DNA of 64,000 bases from an uncultured Collinsella sp. (GTDB taxonomy: Bacteria > Actinomycetota > Coriobacteriia > Coriobacteriales > Coriobacteriaceae): the NCBI GenBank assembly GCA_900540995.1, contig UQHO01000003.1, positions 2,965-66,964 on the forward strand, written 5' to 3'. The position numbers and the translations under genes were made by a program. The notes under the pieces are model-generated. The model searched no databases. It had not been told where the DNA came from and saw only the letters and a program-made list of their open reading frames with translations. This document shows positions 8,150 through 18,502 of this stretch, in pieces; the stretch's first letter is position 1, and each line of letters begins with the position of its first letter.

Positions 8150-10108
8150 CTACGACAGGAAAATCCTCGTCCTGCCGCACGCGTCAACGGCGGCCGGTAG
8201 ACGCGTACCGTCACGTTCAACTAAATAGCGCGTTTGCTGACGGCGCGAGCAGTCACGGCAACGGACCTGTCCCGTCGCATCGGTGGCGCAGACGCCCTCG
8301 GCGGTCAGCAGGCAGTGCTCGCACACCATAAGCTCGGGACGGTCGGCGTCGACCGGACCCAAGACGCCGGGCTCAGCAGCCAGTTCGGCAATACGCTCCG
8401 CATCATTGCCGAGCAACTCGGCCGGCAAGTACACCCGCCCCGCACCAAGTCCGCACAGCCAGGTAAGCGTGGCCCGATTCGCGCAGAACACCGGCGCCGC
8501 CACGTCAAACGTCACGCCCAGCTCGCGAGCGATCACCACCTGTCCTAGGTTGCGGCAGACGACGCGCCCGGCACGCTGCATCAGTGAGCAGGTCCGGTCA
8601 GCGTCACCCGTGCGGCACACCTCGTCAAGCACCACAACGGCGTCGGACAAATCGAGTTCTCCGCGCGGGTCGGCATCCATCAGCTGCCAAGCAAAAACCA
8701 TGCGAGTGGGAACCGCGCACTCCACCAACTCCGTCGACGCACCGCCATCCACCGCAACGTCCTCAAAGGGCAGTGCCTCAACGGCACGTGCAACGGGCGC
8801 AATCGCATCCGCCTCGGCCCGCATGCGCTCCAACACCGCCGCCGTCTGATCCAACACGCCGGCGCTGCGAATCAGGTATACCTCGCAGCCCGTGTCCACC
8901 TTACGCTTGCAATGCACGACGACGCGCTTCCCCGCTGCGGCATCCACCGGGCAGGGCACCTGCGGCCAGCGCTTAGGCACATCGAGACGCGCGTCGACAC
9001 CCGGATAAAACCGAATCTCGAGCGTGTCACCCGCCGCCACGGCGGAGTCGAGCTCAACGGTCACCTCTTCGTGGCCCACAGCGACCAAGCGCCCCACGCG
9101 CACGCCCTGGTTAATCGCACGCTCAAAGCTCATCAGCTCGGCACCCGAACGCCCTCGCAGGTACGCATCGGTAAACCCACGGTTAAACGACCTTCCCAGC
9201 TCGCGCTCAAGCTCTTCCACGGCACCGGGGTCCCACGCGCCGTCGCACAGTATATCGAGTGCCCGGCGCCACACCCGCACCACGTTGAATACGTAATCGG
9301 GGTTCTTCATGCGCCCCTCGATCTTGAGCGACGCCACGCCGGCATCTACAAGCTCAGGCAGATGTGCAATACCCAGATAGTCGCGCGGGCACAGCAGGCG
9401 ATCTCCCTCGACGGCGACAACGCTCTGTCCCGCCTCGTCCACCAGGTCGTACGCCAGACGGCACGGCTGCGTGCAGTCGCCGCGCATCGCCGAGCGCCCA
9501 CGCCGCAGGGCCGAGAACTCGCACGCCCCCGAATAGCCGATGCAAATCGCACCGTGGCAGAATACCTCGATGGGCACGCCCGTGGCACATAGCGCCGCAA
9601 TCTCGTCGACCGTCAGCTCGCGTGCCGTCGTCACGCGCTCGACCCCCAGCTCATCGGCGGCAAGTCGCACGGCACCCTCGCTATGAGCGCCCGCCTGCGT
9701 GGACAGGTGAATCTCGACCCCGGGAATCGCCGCGCGCAGCGCGCAGGCCAACCCGGCATCGGCCACAATCAGAGCATCGGCGCCCAGCTCCAGTGCATGA
9801 GCTCCCAACGCCACCGCGTCGGACAACTCATCGTCAAACACGAACACGTTGAGCGTCACGTACACACGCACGCCATGGGTATGCGCCACGGCGCAGCCGC
9901 GCGCAAACTCGTCGTCGGTAAAACCGTGTGCACTCACACGGGCGTTAAAGCCGCCCAACCCCGCATAGATGGCATCGGCGCCCGCGGCGATGGCCGCAAG
10001 CATCTGGTCGAGTCCGCCCGCCGGCGCCAGCAACTCGGGCAGCGCCGCACCGGCAGCATCCAATCCAGTCTCGTATTGTCCGCTCGGCCCCATCGCCCGA
10101 ATCGCCAT
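8150..10108 (-). CDS. Peptidase U32 family protein
   Basis: PELLAPAGG...IYAG...FNAR N-terminus and the Cys-rich CxxxC region typical of U32. The start was placed at the MAIRAM ATG, which has an AAGGAG RBS. The track ORF begins 27 nt upstream. Confidence 0.85.
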   Translation of the reverse strand: MAIRAMGPSGQYETGLDAAGAALPELLAPAGGLDQMLAAIAAGADAIYAGLGGFNARVSAHGFTDDEFARGCAVAHTHGVRVYVTLNVFVFDDELSDAVALGAHALELGADALIVADAGLACALRAAIPGVEIHLSTQAGAHSEGAVRLAADELGVERVTTARELTVDEIAALCATGVPIEVFCHGAICIGYSGACEFSALRRGRSAMRGDCTQPCRLAYDLVDEAGQSVVAVEGDRLLCPRDYLGIAHLPELVDAGVASLKIEGRMKNPDYVFNVVRVWRRALDILCDGAWDPGAVEELERELGRSFNRGFTDAYLRGRSGAELMSFERAINQGVRVGRLVAVGHEEVTVELDSAVAAGDTLEIRFYPGVDARLDVPKRWPQVPCPVDAAAGKRVVVHCKRKVDTGCEVYLIRSAGVLDQTAAVLERMRAEADAIAPVARAVEALPFEDVAVDGGASTELVECAVPTRMVFAWQLMDADPRGELDLSDAVVVLDEVCRTGDADRTCSLMQRAGRVVCRNLGQVVIARELGVTFDVAAPVFCANRATLTWLCGLGAGRVYLPAELLGNDAERIAELAAEPGVLGPVDADRPELMVCEHCLLTAEGVCATDATGQVRCRDCSRRQQTRYLVERDGTRLPAAVDACGRTRIFLS

Positions 10109-10270
10109 CGGCAAACTCCTTACCAAGGTATGCATTCACTCTGAAAAATGCCGTCTTCCAGCATACACGAGGCCTCGCGCGCCCCGTTTGGTTTATCGTG
10201 TAATAACTTATGTCCATCCTGCCCCGACGGCACATCCACCGTCCGGCACGACATACCTGGAGGTCAATAT

Positions 10271-12463
10271 ATGGGTCCTCGCCAACGACAGGGACACAGC
10301 CGTTCAAAGACGCACGCCCTGCCCATAATTCTGCTCTCGTTTTTGGGCTTTCTGCTGATTGCGGGCGTGGCGTTTGGCATCGGCATGGTCGGCAACGTCA
10401 ACCGCTGGCTGTCCGATCTGCCCGACTACACCGACGCCAACGCGTATCTGGTAAGCGAGCCCACCGAGATCGTCGACTGCAACGGCAACAAGATCGCGAG
10501 CTTCTACACGCAAAACCGCAAGTCCATCACCAAGGACGAGGTCTCCCCCTACGTGCTGCAGGGCACCGTTGACGTCGAGGACGAGCGCTTCTACGAGCAC
10601 GGCGGTATCGACCTGTGGGGTATCGCGCGTGCTGCGGTGGCAACCCTCGGCGGCGGGCACGAAGGCGCCTCGACTATCACCCAGCAGCTGGTGCGCAACA
10701 CCATCCTGCAGGAGGAGCAGTTCGACTCGACCATCGAGCGCAAGGTGCGCGAGGCCTACATCGCCATCAAGATGGAGGACATGTACTCCAAAGACGAGAT
10801 CCTCATGATGTACCTCAACACCATCTATTACGGCCACGGCGCCTACGGCATCGAGGCCGCAGCCGAGACCTATCTGTCCAAGAGCGCCGCCGACCTCACC
10901 CTCAGCGAGGCCGCGCTGCTCATCGGCCTTCCCAACTCGCCTTCGCAGTACGACCCCACGGTCAACCCCGACCTGGCGCTGTCCCGTCGCAACAAGGTCC
11001 TCGACAACATGCTGCGCCTGGGCCACATCACGCAGGAGGAGCACGATGCCGCACAGGCCGAACCCATCGCCCTCAATGTGACCGAAATCTCGGGCAGCGG
11101 CGTCGACGTATACTCGCAGCCCTACTTTGTCTCCTACGTCAAGCAGCTGCTGGAGCAGGAGTTCTCGACCGACGTGCTCTTTAAGGGCGGCCTGACCGTC
11201 AAGACCACCATCGACCCCACGATGCAGCAGGTGGCAGAGAATGCCGTTCGTGAGCAGCTCGACACGCTCTCGCTCGACGGCCTGGACATGGGCATGGTCG
11301 TCGTCGATCCCAAGACCGGCTACATCAAGTGCATGGTGGGCGGCTACGACTACAACGCCGACGAGAACCACGTAAACCATGCCACGGCCAAGCGTCCCGT
11401 CGGCTCCACCTTTAAGGCCTTTACGCTGGCAACTGCCATCCAAAACGGCATGAACCCCAACGTCACCCTCAACTGCAACTCGCCGCTCAAGGCCAAGGGC
11501 ACCACGACCGAGGTCCAAAACTACGCCAACCATAGCTATGGCAACATCACGCTTAAGCAGGCAACGGCATACTCCTCCAACACCGGCTACATCCAGGTGG
11601 CGGAAGCCGTCGGCAACAGCAAGATCATCTCGCTCGTCAAAAAGCTCGGCATCGATCCCGCCAAGGACAACATCGAGGACGTTCCCGTCATGACCCTCGG
11701 CACCGGCTCGATCTCGCCGCTCGAGATGGCCGCCGCCTACGCGACGTTTGCCAACGGCGGCTACTATCGCCAGCCGATCGCCATCACCGAGATTGACTCT
11801 CGTACCGGTTCGGTGCTGTACCAGCACACCGACAATCCCTCACAGGTGCTTACCGAGGGCGAGGCCGCCGCGGTCACCGATGTTCTGTCCGGCGTCATGC
11901 AGGGCGGCGGTACGGGTGCTGCCGGTGCCCTGAGCGTCAACCAGCCCTATGCCGGCAAGACGGGCACCACCGACAACACCACCAACCTGTGGTTCTGCGG
12001 CTATACCCCGCAGCTGGCGTGCGCCCTGTGGACCGGCTATTCCGCGGGCGAGATTCCCATCCAAAAATACGGCACAGACCTGCTGGGCGACAGCACCAAC
12101 CTGCCTGTCTTTAAGCGGTTTATGAACACCGTTCTGACCGGTACCGAGCGCGAGGAGTTTGCGACCGGAACGGCGCCCACATACAAGAACAACAGCGTCT
12201 GGAAGTTCTACGGCACCAACAACACCAAGAAGACGGAGAACGACGACAAGGACGAGAACGAAGACGAAGAGGAAACCACCACGACGACGACCACGACGAC
12301 CACGACGACCGAGACCACGGGCGGCGACACCACCGGCGGCACCGGTACGACCGGTGGCTCGACGGGCGGCTCCACTGGTGGTTCGACCGGCGGCGATGGC
12401 GGCACGCCTACGCCTACGCCCACTCCCGACCCCTCGCCCACGCCTGACGATACGGTCGGCTAG
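10271..12463 (+). CDS. Class A penicillin-binding protein (PBP1A-type) with a Thr/Gly/Pro-rich C-terminal tail
   Basis: N-terminal TM segment, a GT51 motif (EDERFYEHGGID) and a transpeptidase STFK motif. The start was set at the ATG with a GGAGG RBS. Confidence 0.9.
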   Translation: MGPRQRQGHSRSKTHALPIILLSFLGFLLIAGVAFGIGMVGNVNRWLSDLPDYTDANAYLVSEPTEIVDCNGNKIASFYTQNRKSITKDEVSPYVLQGTVDVEDERFYEHGGIDLWGIARAAVATLGGGHEGASTITQQLVRNTILQEEQFDSTIERKVREAYIAIKMEDMYSKDEILMMYLNTIYYGHGAYGIEAAAETYLSKSAADLTLSEAALLIGLPNSPSQYDPTVNPDLALSRRNKVLDNMLRLGHITQEEHDAAQAEPIALNVTEISGSGVDVYSQPYFVSYVKQLLEQEFSTDVLFKGGLTVKTTIDPTMQQVAENAVREQLDTLSLDGLDMGMVVVDPKTGYIKCMVGGYDYNADENHVNHATAKRPVGSTFKAFTLATAIQNGMNPNVTLNCNSPLKAKGTTTEVQNYANHSYGNITLKQATAYSSNTGYIQVAEAVGNSKIISLVKKLGIDPAKDNIEDVPVMTLGTGSISPLEMAAAYATFANGGYYRQPIAITEIDSRTGSVLYQHTDNPSQVLTEGEAAAVTDVLSGVMQGGGTGAAGALSVNQPYAGKTGTTDNTTNLWFCGYTPQLACALWTGYSAGEIPIQKYGTDLLGDSTNLPVFKRFMNTVLTGTEREEFATGTAPTYKNNSVWKFYGTNNTKKTENDDKDENEDEEETTTTTTTTTTTTETTGGDTTGGTGTTGGSTGGSTGGSTGGDGGTPTPTPTPDPSPTPDDTVG
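12286..12445 (+). repeat. Low-complexity coding repeat (poly-Thr, GGST and PTP repeats) at the PBP C-terminus
   Basis: The nucleotide repeats accacgacgacgacc and ggcggctcgac give the T12 and (TGGS)n runs. Confidence 0.7.
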
Positions 12464-12486
12464 AAATCATCCGGCCATAAGCAACA

Positions 12487-12528
12487 AGGCCCCCGAGCAG
12501 CTTATTGAACTGCTCGGGGGCCTTTTTA
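12487..12528 (+). terminator. Rho-independent terminator after the PBP gene, possibly bidirectional with argR
   Basis: Stem ggcccccgagcag...ctgctcgggggcc followed by ttttt. Confidence 0.65.
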
Positions 12529-12653
12529 GTTTAAAGCGACCTGATGGGCGGTCTTTATACCGGCAGACAAAAAAGGGGGGCACCGACCAACGTCGATACC
12601 CCTTACAAGCCACTATGTCAGCGCGCACGGTGCCGAGCGCACGACCCGCACGC

Positions 12654-13091
12654 CTACTTGCGAGAATTGCTCAGCTTATTGATCAGCGCCTCAAGACGCT
12701 CGCCGTCCTCGGCCGTCTGGGCAATAACCAAAATCGTATCGTTGCCGGCAAGCGAGCCAAGCACATCGGGCAGCTCTGCCGCATCAACGGCGGCGGCGAT
12801 GCCGGAAGCCGTGCCAGGCTGAGCCTTAATCATAACCAGATTATCGGTGCGCAGAACGCCCGTTACGAGCTCGGAAACCATACGCTGCAGGTGCAGGTCC
12901 TCTGCCAGAACATAGATGCCCTCAGGGAGCTTACGCAGCCCCATATCGGCAATATCGCGAGAGACAGTCGCCTGCGTGCAATCAAAGCCCATAGCGCGGA
13001 GCTCATCAACCAGCACGCGCTGCGTGCGGACGTCCTTATTGCGCACAATATCTCTAATGGCATCCTGGCGCCCATTGCGTTTTTTAGCCAT
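12654..13091 (-). CDS. argR: Arginine repressor
   Basis: N-terminal winged helix (RQDAIRDIVRNKDVRTQRVLVDEL) and a C-terminal oligomerisation domain. The start was placed at MAKKRNGRQ. Confidence 0.85.
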   Translation of the reverse strand: MAKKRNGRQDAIRDIVRNKDVRTQRVLVDELRAMGFDCTQATVSRDIADMGLRKLPEGIYVLAEDLHLQRMVSELVTGVLRTDNLVMIKAQPGTASGIAAAVDAAELPDVLGSLAGNDTILVIAQTAEDGERLEALINKLSNSRK

Positions 13092-13179
13092 ACAAACCCT
13101 CTCTCCAAAAGATGGCGGAGACAATCAATCAGTGATTGAATAGTTTAACGCTATTTGAAGGCTTTTGTGTATAAGAACG

Positions 13180-13217
13180 CATTTCGAAACAATTCTATGC
13201 AAATTTGTTTCGAAATG
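13180..13217. promoter_or_regulatory. Inverted repeat (13-bp arms, 10-nt spacer) upstream of argR, a candidate operator
   Basis: catttcgaaacaa-N10-ttgtttcgaaatg in the AT-rich argR upstream region. A nearby tgattgaata resembles an ARG-box half-site. Confidence 0.3.
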
Positions 13218-13223
13218 AGCCGT

Positions 13224-14264
13224 TTAGGCGGTTTTTGCACCCGTCCGGTTAAGAAAAGCTGCCAGATGCGTACACATCACGCAGCGCGTGGGCTTGGCGC
13301 TGGCGATCGGCCCAAACAACAGACCGAGTCCCCGATGGTTGTCCTTGAGCGCGGCGACCATCTGACGGGTTCGAGGCGCCTCGAGCATATCACGCATGCG
13401 GGCGGAACGCTCAATTGACGACACCCCATGCGGGCTCAGACACAAATTCTCGATGCAGGCGACCAGTCCGGCAAAGTAGAACTTTTGGCTTGCCAGCTTG
13501 AGCCGACCACCGCTATCTGCTTCCGAGAGTGAGTCCGCAAGCTCGTCGAGCGCTCGAGTGTCATCGGATATCCTGGCATACATGGTGGGATCAAAGGCAT
13601 CTGTAAGCTTAGGTGCCACCGCGTGGAAACAAGCGTCGCCGCAGCCGGACACGAATCGTGCCTGCGAGAGCGCATAAGCCATAAACTCAACCGTACGGTA
13701 CGCCTTGCCGCGCGACAGGCATGCCTCAAACAGCGAGCGGCTGTACATCACGCCAGAGGTCTGAGCGACTAGGCCGCCTAAAATCAACTGAGGCAGCCCG
13801 GCCACCATCGAAGATTTGCTATCAATGGAAATATGAGTAGCATCCAAGACGCGCGAATGACGCTCGCGATGCGCATCGTATCGATCGAGCGACACCGAGG
13901 GGAGCACAATGTCTGCCGCAGTATCGCACGCGATATCGACCATCTTGGAAAGGGCCTGCGGAGCAAACCACTCATCGGCGTTCATGGCGATGATTTGAGA
14001 GCCGCGCGAGGCATCAAAACCGGCACGAAGACAAGCGCCGCGCTTCGCGTCCTCGACGTCAATCAAATCAATATGGATGTCCCTATCGGCAGCAACTTGA
14101 AGCGAATGGCGCACACCGGGCGCAGCATCGCGGCAGACAACGACAATCTGCAAATCGTAGAGGTCTTGGTTCTGGATACTCTCGAGCGCACGCATCGCAT
14201 AGCTGGGCGAACCTTCTACCACAAGGATCACCGAAAGTCGCGGATGCGAGCCACGTCGAACCAA
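13224..14264 (-). CDS. Glycosyltransferase family 2-like protein
   Basis: The N-terminal SVILVVEGSPSY...LESIQNQ pattern is typical of GT-A/GT2. The remainder is not recognised. Confidence 0.5.
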   Translation of the reverse strand: MVRRGSHPRLSVILVVEGSPSYAMRALESIQNQDLYDLQIVVVCRDAAPGVRHSLQVAADRDIHIDLIDVEDAKRGACLRAGFDASRGSQIIAMNADEWFAPQALSKMVDIACDTAADIVLPSVSLDRYDAHRERHSRVLDATHISIDSKSSMVAGLPQLILGGLVAQTSGVMYSRSLFEACLSRGKAYRTVEFMAYALSQARFVSGCGDACFHAVAPKLTDAFDPTMYARISDDTRALDELADSLSEADSGGRLKLASQKFYFAGLVACIENLCLSPHGVSSIERSARMRDMLEAPRTRQMVAALKDNHRGLGLLFGPIASAKPTRCVMCTHLAAFLNRTGAKTA

Positions 14265-14425
14265 GTTATCCGTCCTCTCGACAGCAATGAATTAAATCGT
14301 GGTTCATGGTACACCCCGGCAATAAAAGCAATGAGACACCGGTTGTATTGCACGCCAAGAACAGATGTTGCACACGTGCAGCCCACAGATGACAGGTGTC
14401 GACGCACGACGCGTCGAGCCCTCCC

Positions 14426-15250
14426 CTAGTCGAGCACGACAAGCTCGGCGGGATCGTAATCCACGCCCATAAACGTAAGGCCGCAGGCAGGAGCCGTGGG
14501 GCCCGCAGCGGTACGGTCGCAAGCGTCGATGACCTCGCGCATCCACTCGGGTTCGCGGCGATGCATGCCAATCTCGACAAGCGTGCCCACGATCGTGCGG
14601 ACCATCGAATGCAAAAATGCGTTGCCCTCAATGGTAAACGTCAGGATATCCTCGCCAAAGGCCACCTCATGGCCAAACTCGGCCCGCATCACGCAGCGGT
14701 GCGTAGGCTTGCCCACGGCAGAGGCGACCTTGCAAAAGCTCTTAAAGTCCTGCTCACCCAAAAGCGCGGGACAGGCCGCAGACATGGCCTCGACGTCCAA
14801 GGGATAGCGATGCCACCACACGGCACCACGGGACAGCACGGGGCGCGCATCGCGATCGGCAATACGGTACGTATACGTACGGGAACGCGCGTCAAAGCGT
14901 GCAGAAAAGCCCTTACGGGCCCTGTAGACCTCGTTTATGGCGATATCTTTAGGCAGCAGGGCATCCATAGCCCGCAGCCACCTACGGCGCGTAAGGGCGA
15001 GCTCAGCGTCCGTTACGGGCACGCTGATGTACTGAGCCACGGCATGCACGCCGGCATCGGTACGACCTGCGCACGTCAGATCGATCGGACGGCGAAGCAG
15101 CGTCTCGATGGCTCGACGCAGCTCACCCGCAACCGTCGTCTGTCCCGGCTGCTCGGCAAATCCGCTATACGACGAGCCATCATAGGCCACGCGAAATACG
15201 AGCGTGGCGTCAAGCTCGGAAATCGAATTGAAATCAGACGGCGCAGTCAT
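14426..15250 (-). CDS. truA: tRNA pseudouridine(38-40) synthase
   Basis: GRTDAGVHA catalytic motif. The start was moved to the ATG with a GGGAG RBS, because the track start is TTG. Confidence 0.9.
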   Translation of the reverse strand: MTAPSDFNSISELDATLVFRVAYDGSSYSGFAEQPGQTTVAGELRRAIETLLRRPIDLTCAGRTDAGVHAVAQYISVPVTDAELALTRRRWLRAMDALLPKDIAINEVYRARKGFSARFDARSRTYTYRIADRDARPVLSRGAVWWHRYPLDVEAMSAACPALLGEQDFKSFCKVASAVGKPTHRCVMRAEFGHEVAFGEDILTFTIEGNAFLHSMVRTIVGTLVEIGMHRREPEWMREVIDACDRTAAGPTAPACGLTFMGVDYDPAELVVLD

Positions 15251-15342
15251 GGGCGCTCCCAACAAACAAGTAACGGTATCGCGACAAAAAAAGAGGGGTA
15301 CGCGAACGTACCCCTCGAATATAGCCTATGCAGACGGAATGT

Positions 15343-15810
15343 CTACTCAGCGGTCTCCTCAGCAGGAGCCTCCTCGACAGCCTCGACCTTCTTGGGAGCA
15401 GCGGCCTTCTTGGGGGCCGGAGCAGCCTTCTTGGCCTTAGGCGTGCAAGGCTCGGTGACGAGCTCCATGATAACGATGGGAGCGTTGTCGCCCTTACGGT
15501 TACCGAGCTTCATGATGCGGGTGTAACCGCCGTTGCGGTCCTGCCACATGCCCTGGGCAGCCTTGTCGAAGATCTCGGCAACGAGCTGCTTATCGCCGAG
15601 CTTGGCGATAGCCAGACGACGAGAGTGCAGGTCGCCCTTCTTGGCCCAAGTGATGATCGGGTCGACGACCGAACGCAGCGCCTTAGCGCGGGTCTCGGTG
15701 GTCTTGATGCGGTCGTTCTCGAAGAGGGCCTTAGCAAGGCTCTTCTTCATGGCCTTGGTGTGGCTCGCATCGGTGCCGAGCTTCAGGCCCTTCTTAACGT
15801 TGTGACGCAT
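15343..15810 (-). CDS. rplQ: 50S ribosomal protein L17 with a Lys/Ala/Pro-rich C-terminal extension
   Basis: The L17 core is followed by a KAKKAAPAPKKAAAPKK tail. Confidence 0.95.
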   Translation of the reverse strand: MRHNVKKGLKLGTDASHTKAMKKSLAKALFENDRIKTTETRAKALRSVVDPIITWAKKGDLHSRRLAIAKLGDKQLVAEIFDKAAQGMWQDRNGGYTRIMKLGNRKGDNAPIVIMELVTEPCTPKAKKAAPAPKKAAAPKKVEAVEEAPAEETAE

Positions 15811-15840
15811 GGTCTAGTTTCTCCTCAAATATGCGAAGCA

Positions 15841-16782
15841 TTAAGCCTTCAGGCTCAGGCCCATGGACTCAAGCTTGTCCTTCACTTCCTCGATCGACTT
15901 AACACCGAAGTTACGGATGTTGAGCAGATCGTTCTCCGAGAACTCAACGAGCTGACGGACCGAGTGAATGCTGGCGCGCTTAAGGCAGTTGTAGGAACGG
16001 ACGGAAAGGTCCAGATCCTCGATCTGCTTGTCCAGCTCGGCGTTGTCGTTGGTGACCTCGGGAGCGAAGATCGAAGCCTCCTCCTCGACCTCGGGGGTCT
16101 CGGCAAGGTTCATAAAGGCGGCCATATGCTGGTTGATGATATTGGCAGCCTGGACCACGGCGTCGCGCGGGGCGATGGAGCCGTTGGTCTCGATCTCGAG
16201 GACAAGGCGGTCGTAGTCGGTGTGCTGACCGACACGGCAAGCCTCAACGAGCTTGGCGCAACGGGAAACCGGCGAGTACAGCGAGTCGACATGGATCACA
16301 CCGATGGGATCGTTATCGCGCTTGTTGGCCTCGCCAGAAACATAGCCGCGGCCATAGCCGATGCGCATGCTCATGGTGAGATGGCCACCCTCGGTGAGCG
16401 TAGCGATGTGCTGCTCGGGGTTGACCAGCTCAAACTCGGACGGAATAAAGAAGTCCGCACCGGTGACCTCGCAGGGGCCGTCAACCGAAATGGTGGCGGT
16501 CGCCTCGTCGGTCGTGCCGAGAGCCCTGAAGACAAGACCCTTGACATTCAGGACGATGTCGGTGACATCCTCGACCATGTTAGGGATGGTCATGAACTCG
16601 TGCTGCGCGCCATCGATCTGAATAGCCTCGACGGCGGCACCCTCGAGCGAGGACAGAAGAACGCGACGAAGGGAGTTACCCAGCGTATCGCCGTAGCCAC
16701 GCTCGAGCGGCTCAACGGAGACACGAGCAGACGTCTCGTTGATCTCTTCGACCTGAACCTGAGGCCTAATGAATTCTGACAT
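15841..16782 (-). CDS. rpoA: DNA-directed RNA polymerase subunit alpha
   Basis: 313 aa with the characteristic N-terminal and CTD sequence of RpoA. Confidence 0.97.
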   Translation of the reverse strand: MSEFIRPQVQVEEINETSARVSVEPLERGYGDTLGNSLRRVLLSSLEGAAVEAIQIDGAQHEFMTIPNMVEDVTDIVLNVKGLVFRALGTTDEATATISVDGPCEVTGADFFIPSEFELVNPEQHIATLTEGGHLTMSMRIGYGRGYVSGEANKRDNDPIGVIHVDSLYSPVSRCAKLVEACRVGQHTDYDRLVLEIETNGSIAPRDAVVQAANIINQHMAAFMNLAETPEVEEEASIFAPEVTNDNAELDKQIEDLDLSVRSYNCLKRASIHSVRQLVEFSENDLLNIRNFGVKSIEEVKDKLESMGLSLKA

Positions 16783-16814
16783 GTATTACCTCCAGCCTCA
16801 GCAGCCCGGATGGA

Positions 16815-17411
16815 CTACTTAGAGTAGAGCTCGACGATGAGCTGCTCGTTGATATCACCGCTGATCTGCTCACGCGTCGGCAGAGCGAGCACGTTACCAG
16901 ACAGCTTCTCGATATCGACCTCGAGCCAGCCAGGGACCTCGAAACGCTCGGAGGAAATCAGGGCCTCCTTGATGGGGAGGAGGTCACGGAACTTCTCGCC
17001 GACAGCGACGACGTCGCCGGCCTTGACGCGGTAGGACGGGATGTCCACGCGCTTGCCGTTCACGGTGAAGTGACCGTGACGGACGGACTGACGAGCCTCT
17101 TTGCGGGTGCGGGCGAAGCCAAGACGGAAGACGACGTTGTCGAGGCGAGACTCAAGGATGATCATGAGGTTCTCACCGGTGACGCCGTTCATCTTACGGG
17201 CCTTGTTGAAGTAGCCGTGGAACTGCTTCTCCAGAACGCCATAGATGAACTTGACCTTCTGCTTCTCGCGCAGCTGCATGCCGTACTCAGATTCCTTGCG
17301 ACGGCGCTTGGGCTGACGGATAGATTCCTTCTTGCTGCTGTAACCGAGCTCAGCGGGATCGATCCCGAGCTGACGGCAGCGCTTAAGAACAGGAGTCCTG
17401 TCGATTGCCAT
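16815..17411 (-). CDS. rpsD: 30S ribosomal protein S4
   Basis: The full-length sequence matches S4. Confidence 0.97.
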   Translation of the reverse strand: MAIDRTPVLKRCRQLGIDPAELGYSSKKESIRQPKRRRKESEYGMQLREKQKVKFIYGVLEKQFHGYFNKARKMNGVTGENLMIILESRLDNVVFRLGFARTRKEARQSVRHGHFTVNGKRVDIPSYRVKAGDVVAVGEKFRDLLPIKEALISSERFEVPGWLEVDIEKLSGNVLALPTREQISGDINEQLIVELYSK

Positions 17412-17430
17412 ATTGATACGATCCTTTCAG

Positions 17431-17835
17431 TTACACGCGGCGACGCTTCTTGGGGCGGCAGCCGTTGTGCGGAATGGGGGTCTTGTCCTGGATGCTCGAG
17501 ACCTCGAGGCCAGCAGCCTGGAGGGAGCGGATGGCGGTCTCACGACCGGAGCCGGGGCCCTTGACGAAGACGGAAACCTTCTTCATACCGTGCTCCATGG
17601 CCTGCTTGGCAGCAGCCTCGGCAGCCATCTGGGCAGCGAACGGCGTGGACTTACGGGAGCCCTTGAAGCCCACCTGGCCAGCCGACTTCCAGGAAATGAC
17701 GTTGCCCTGGGGATCGGTGATCGAAACGATCGTGTTGTTGAACGTAGAACGAATGTGAGCCTGGCCCACGGAAATGTTCTTACGGTCCGCGCGCTTCAGA
17801 CGGGCAGCGCGAACGTTCTTCTTAGCAGTAGCCAT
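17431..17835 (-). CDS. rpsK: 30S ribosomal protein S11
   Basis: The sequence matches S11. Confidence 0.97.
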   Translation of the reverse strand: MATAKKNVRAARLKRADRKNISVGQAHIRSTFNNTIVSITDPQGNVISWKSAGQVGFKGSRKSTPFAAQMAAEAAAKQAMEHGMKKVSVFVKGPGSGRETAIRSLQAAGLEVSSIQDKTPIPHNGCRPKKRRRV

Positions 17836-17849
17836 CTATCTAGCGCTCC

Positions 17850-18224
17850 TTATTTCTTCTTCTTAGCACCGATCTGACGCTTCGGGCCCTTGCGGGTACG
17901 AGCGTTAGTGTGGGTGCGCTGACCGCGGACCGGGAGGCCCTTGCGGTGACGAAGGCCGCGGTTGCAGCCGATGTCCATAAGGCGCTTGACGTTCTGGTTG
18001 CGCTCACGGCGGAGGTCGCCCTCAACCATGATCTGGTTCTTATCGATATAATCGCGGATGGCGTTAACCTCATCCTCGGTGAGGTCCTTAACGCGCGTAT
18101 CCACGTTAACGTTGCACTCGACGCAAATCTTCGTCGCAGTGGTGCGGCCGATGCCGTAAATGTAGGTCAGACCGATCTCAACGCGCTTCTCACGCGGGAG
18201 ATCGACACCATTAATACGGGCCAA
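17850..18224 (-). CDS. rpsM: 30S ribosomal protein S13 (apparent TTG start)
   Basis: ARINGVDLP... S13 sequence. There is no in-frame ATG, and a GAGAGGAG RBS precedes the TTG. Confidence 0.95.
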   Translation of the reverse strand: MARINGVDLPREKRVEIGLTYIYGIGRTTATKICVECNVNVDTRVKDLTEDEVNAIRDYIDKNQIMVEGDLRRERNQNVKRLMDIGCNRGLRHRKGLPVRGQRTHTNARTRKGPKRQIGAKKKK

Positions 18225-18238
18225 CGTAGTCTCCTCTC

Positions 18239-18352
18239 TTAACCCTGACGCTGCTTATGACGGGGGTTCTCGCAAATGACGAGGACCTTGCCATGGCGCC
18301 TAATGATTTTGCACTTATCGCACATCTTCTTGACCGAAGGACGTACCTTCAT
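18239..18352 (-). CDS. rpmJ: 50S ribosomal protein L36
   Basis: Hand translation gives [37 protein letters not shown]. This ORF is absent from the supplied track because it is shorter than 60 aa. Confidence 0.9.
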   Translation of the reverse strand: MKVRPSVKKMCDKCKIIRRHGKVLVICENPRHKQRQG

Positions 18353-18502
18353 CGTTCTTCCTTTCGGTAGCGCTCAAACTACTTCCCTACTATCTACTCG
18401 CCCAGCCGCAGGCGTTTAAAACTATGGCTGGTCTTCACACACAATCCGACCGTAGGTTGAGCTAAGCCTGCAGTCGGAAATGGAGTGCGTGTATGCGTGC
18501 CG

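Noticed and set aside
12208-12441. A 77-aa ORF antisense to the PBP Thr/Gly-rich tail (VVVVVVVV, PPVEPPVEPP).
   Set aside because: It is a mirror translation of a low-complexity repeat, with no independent support.
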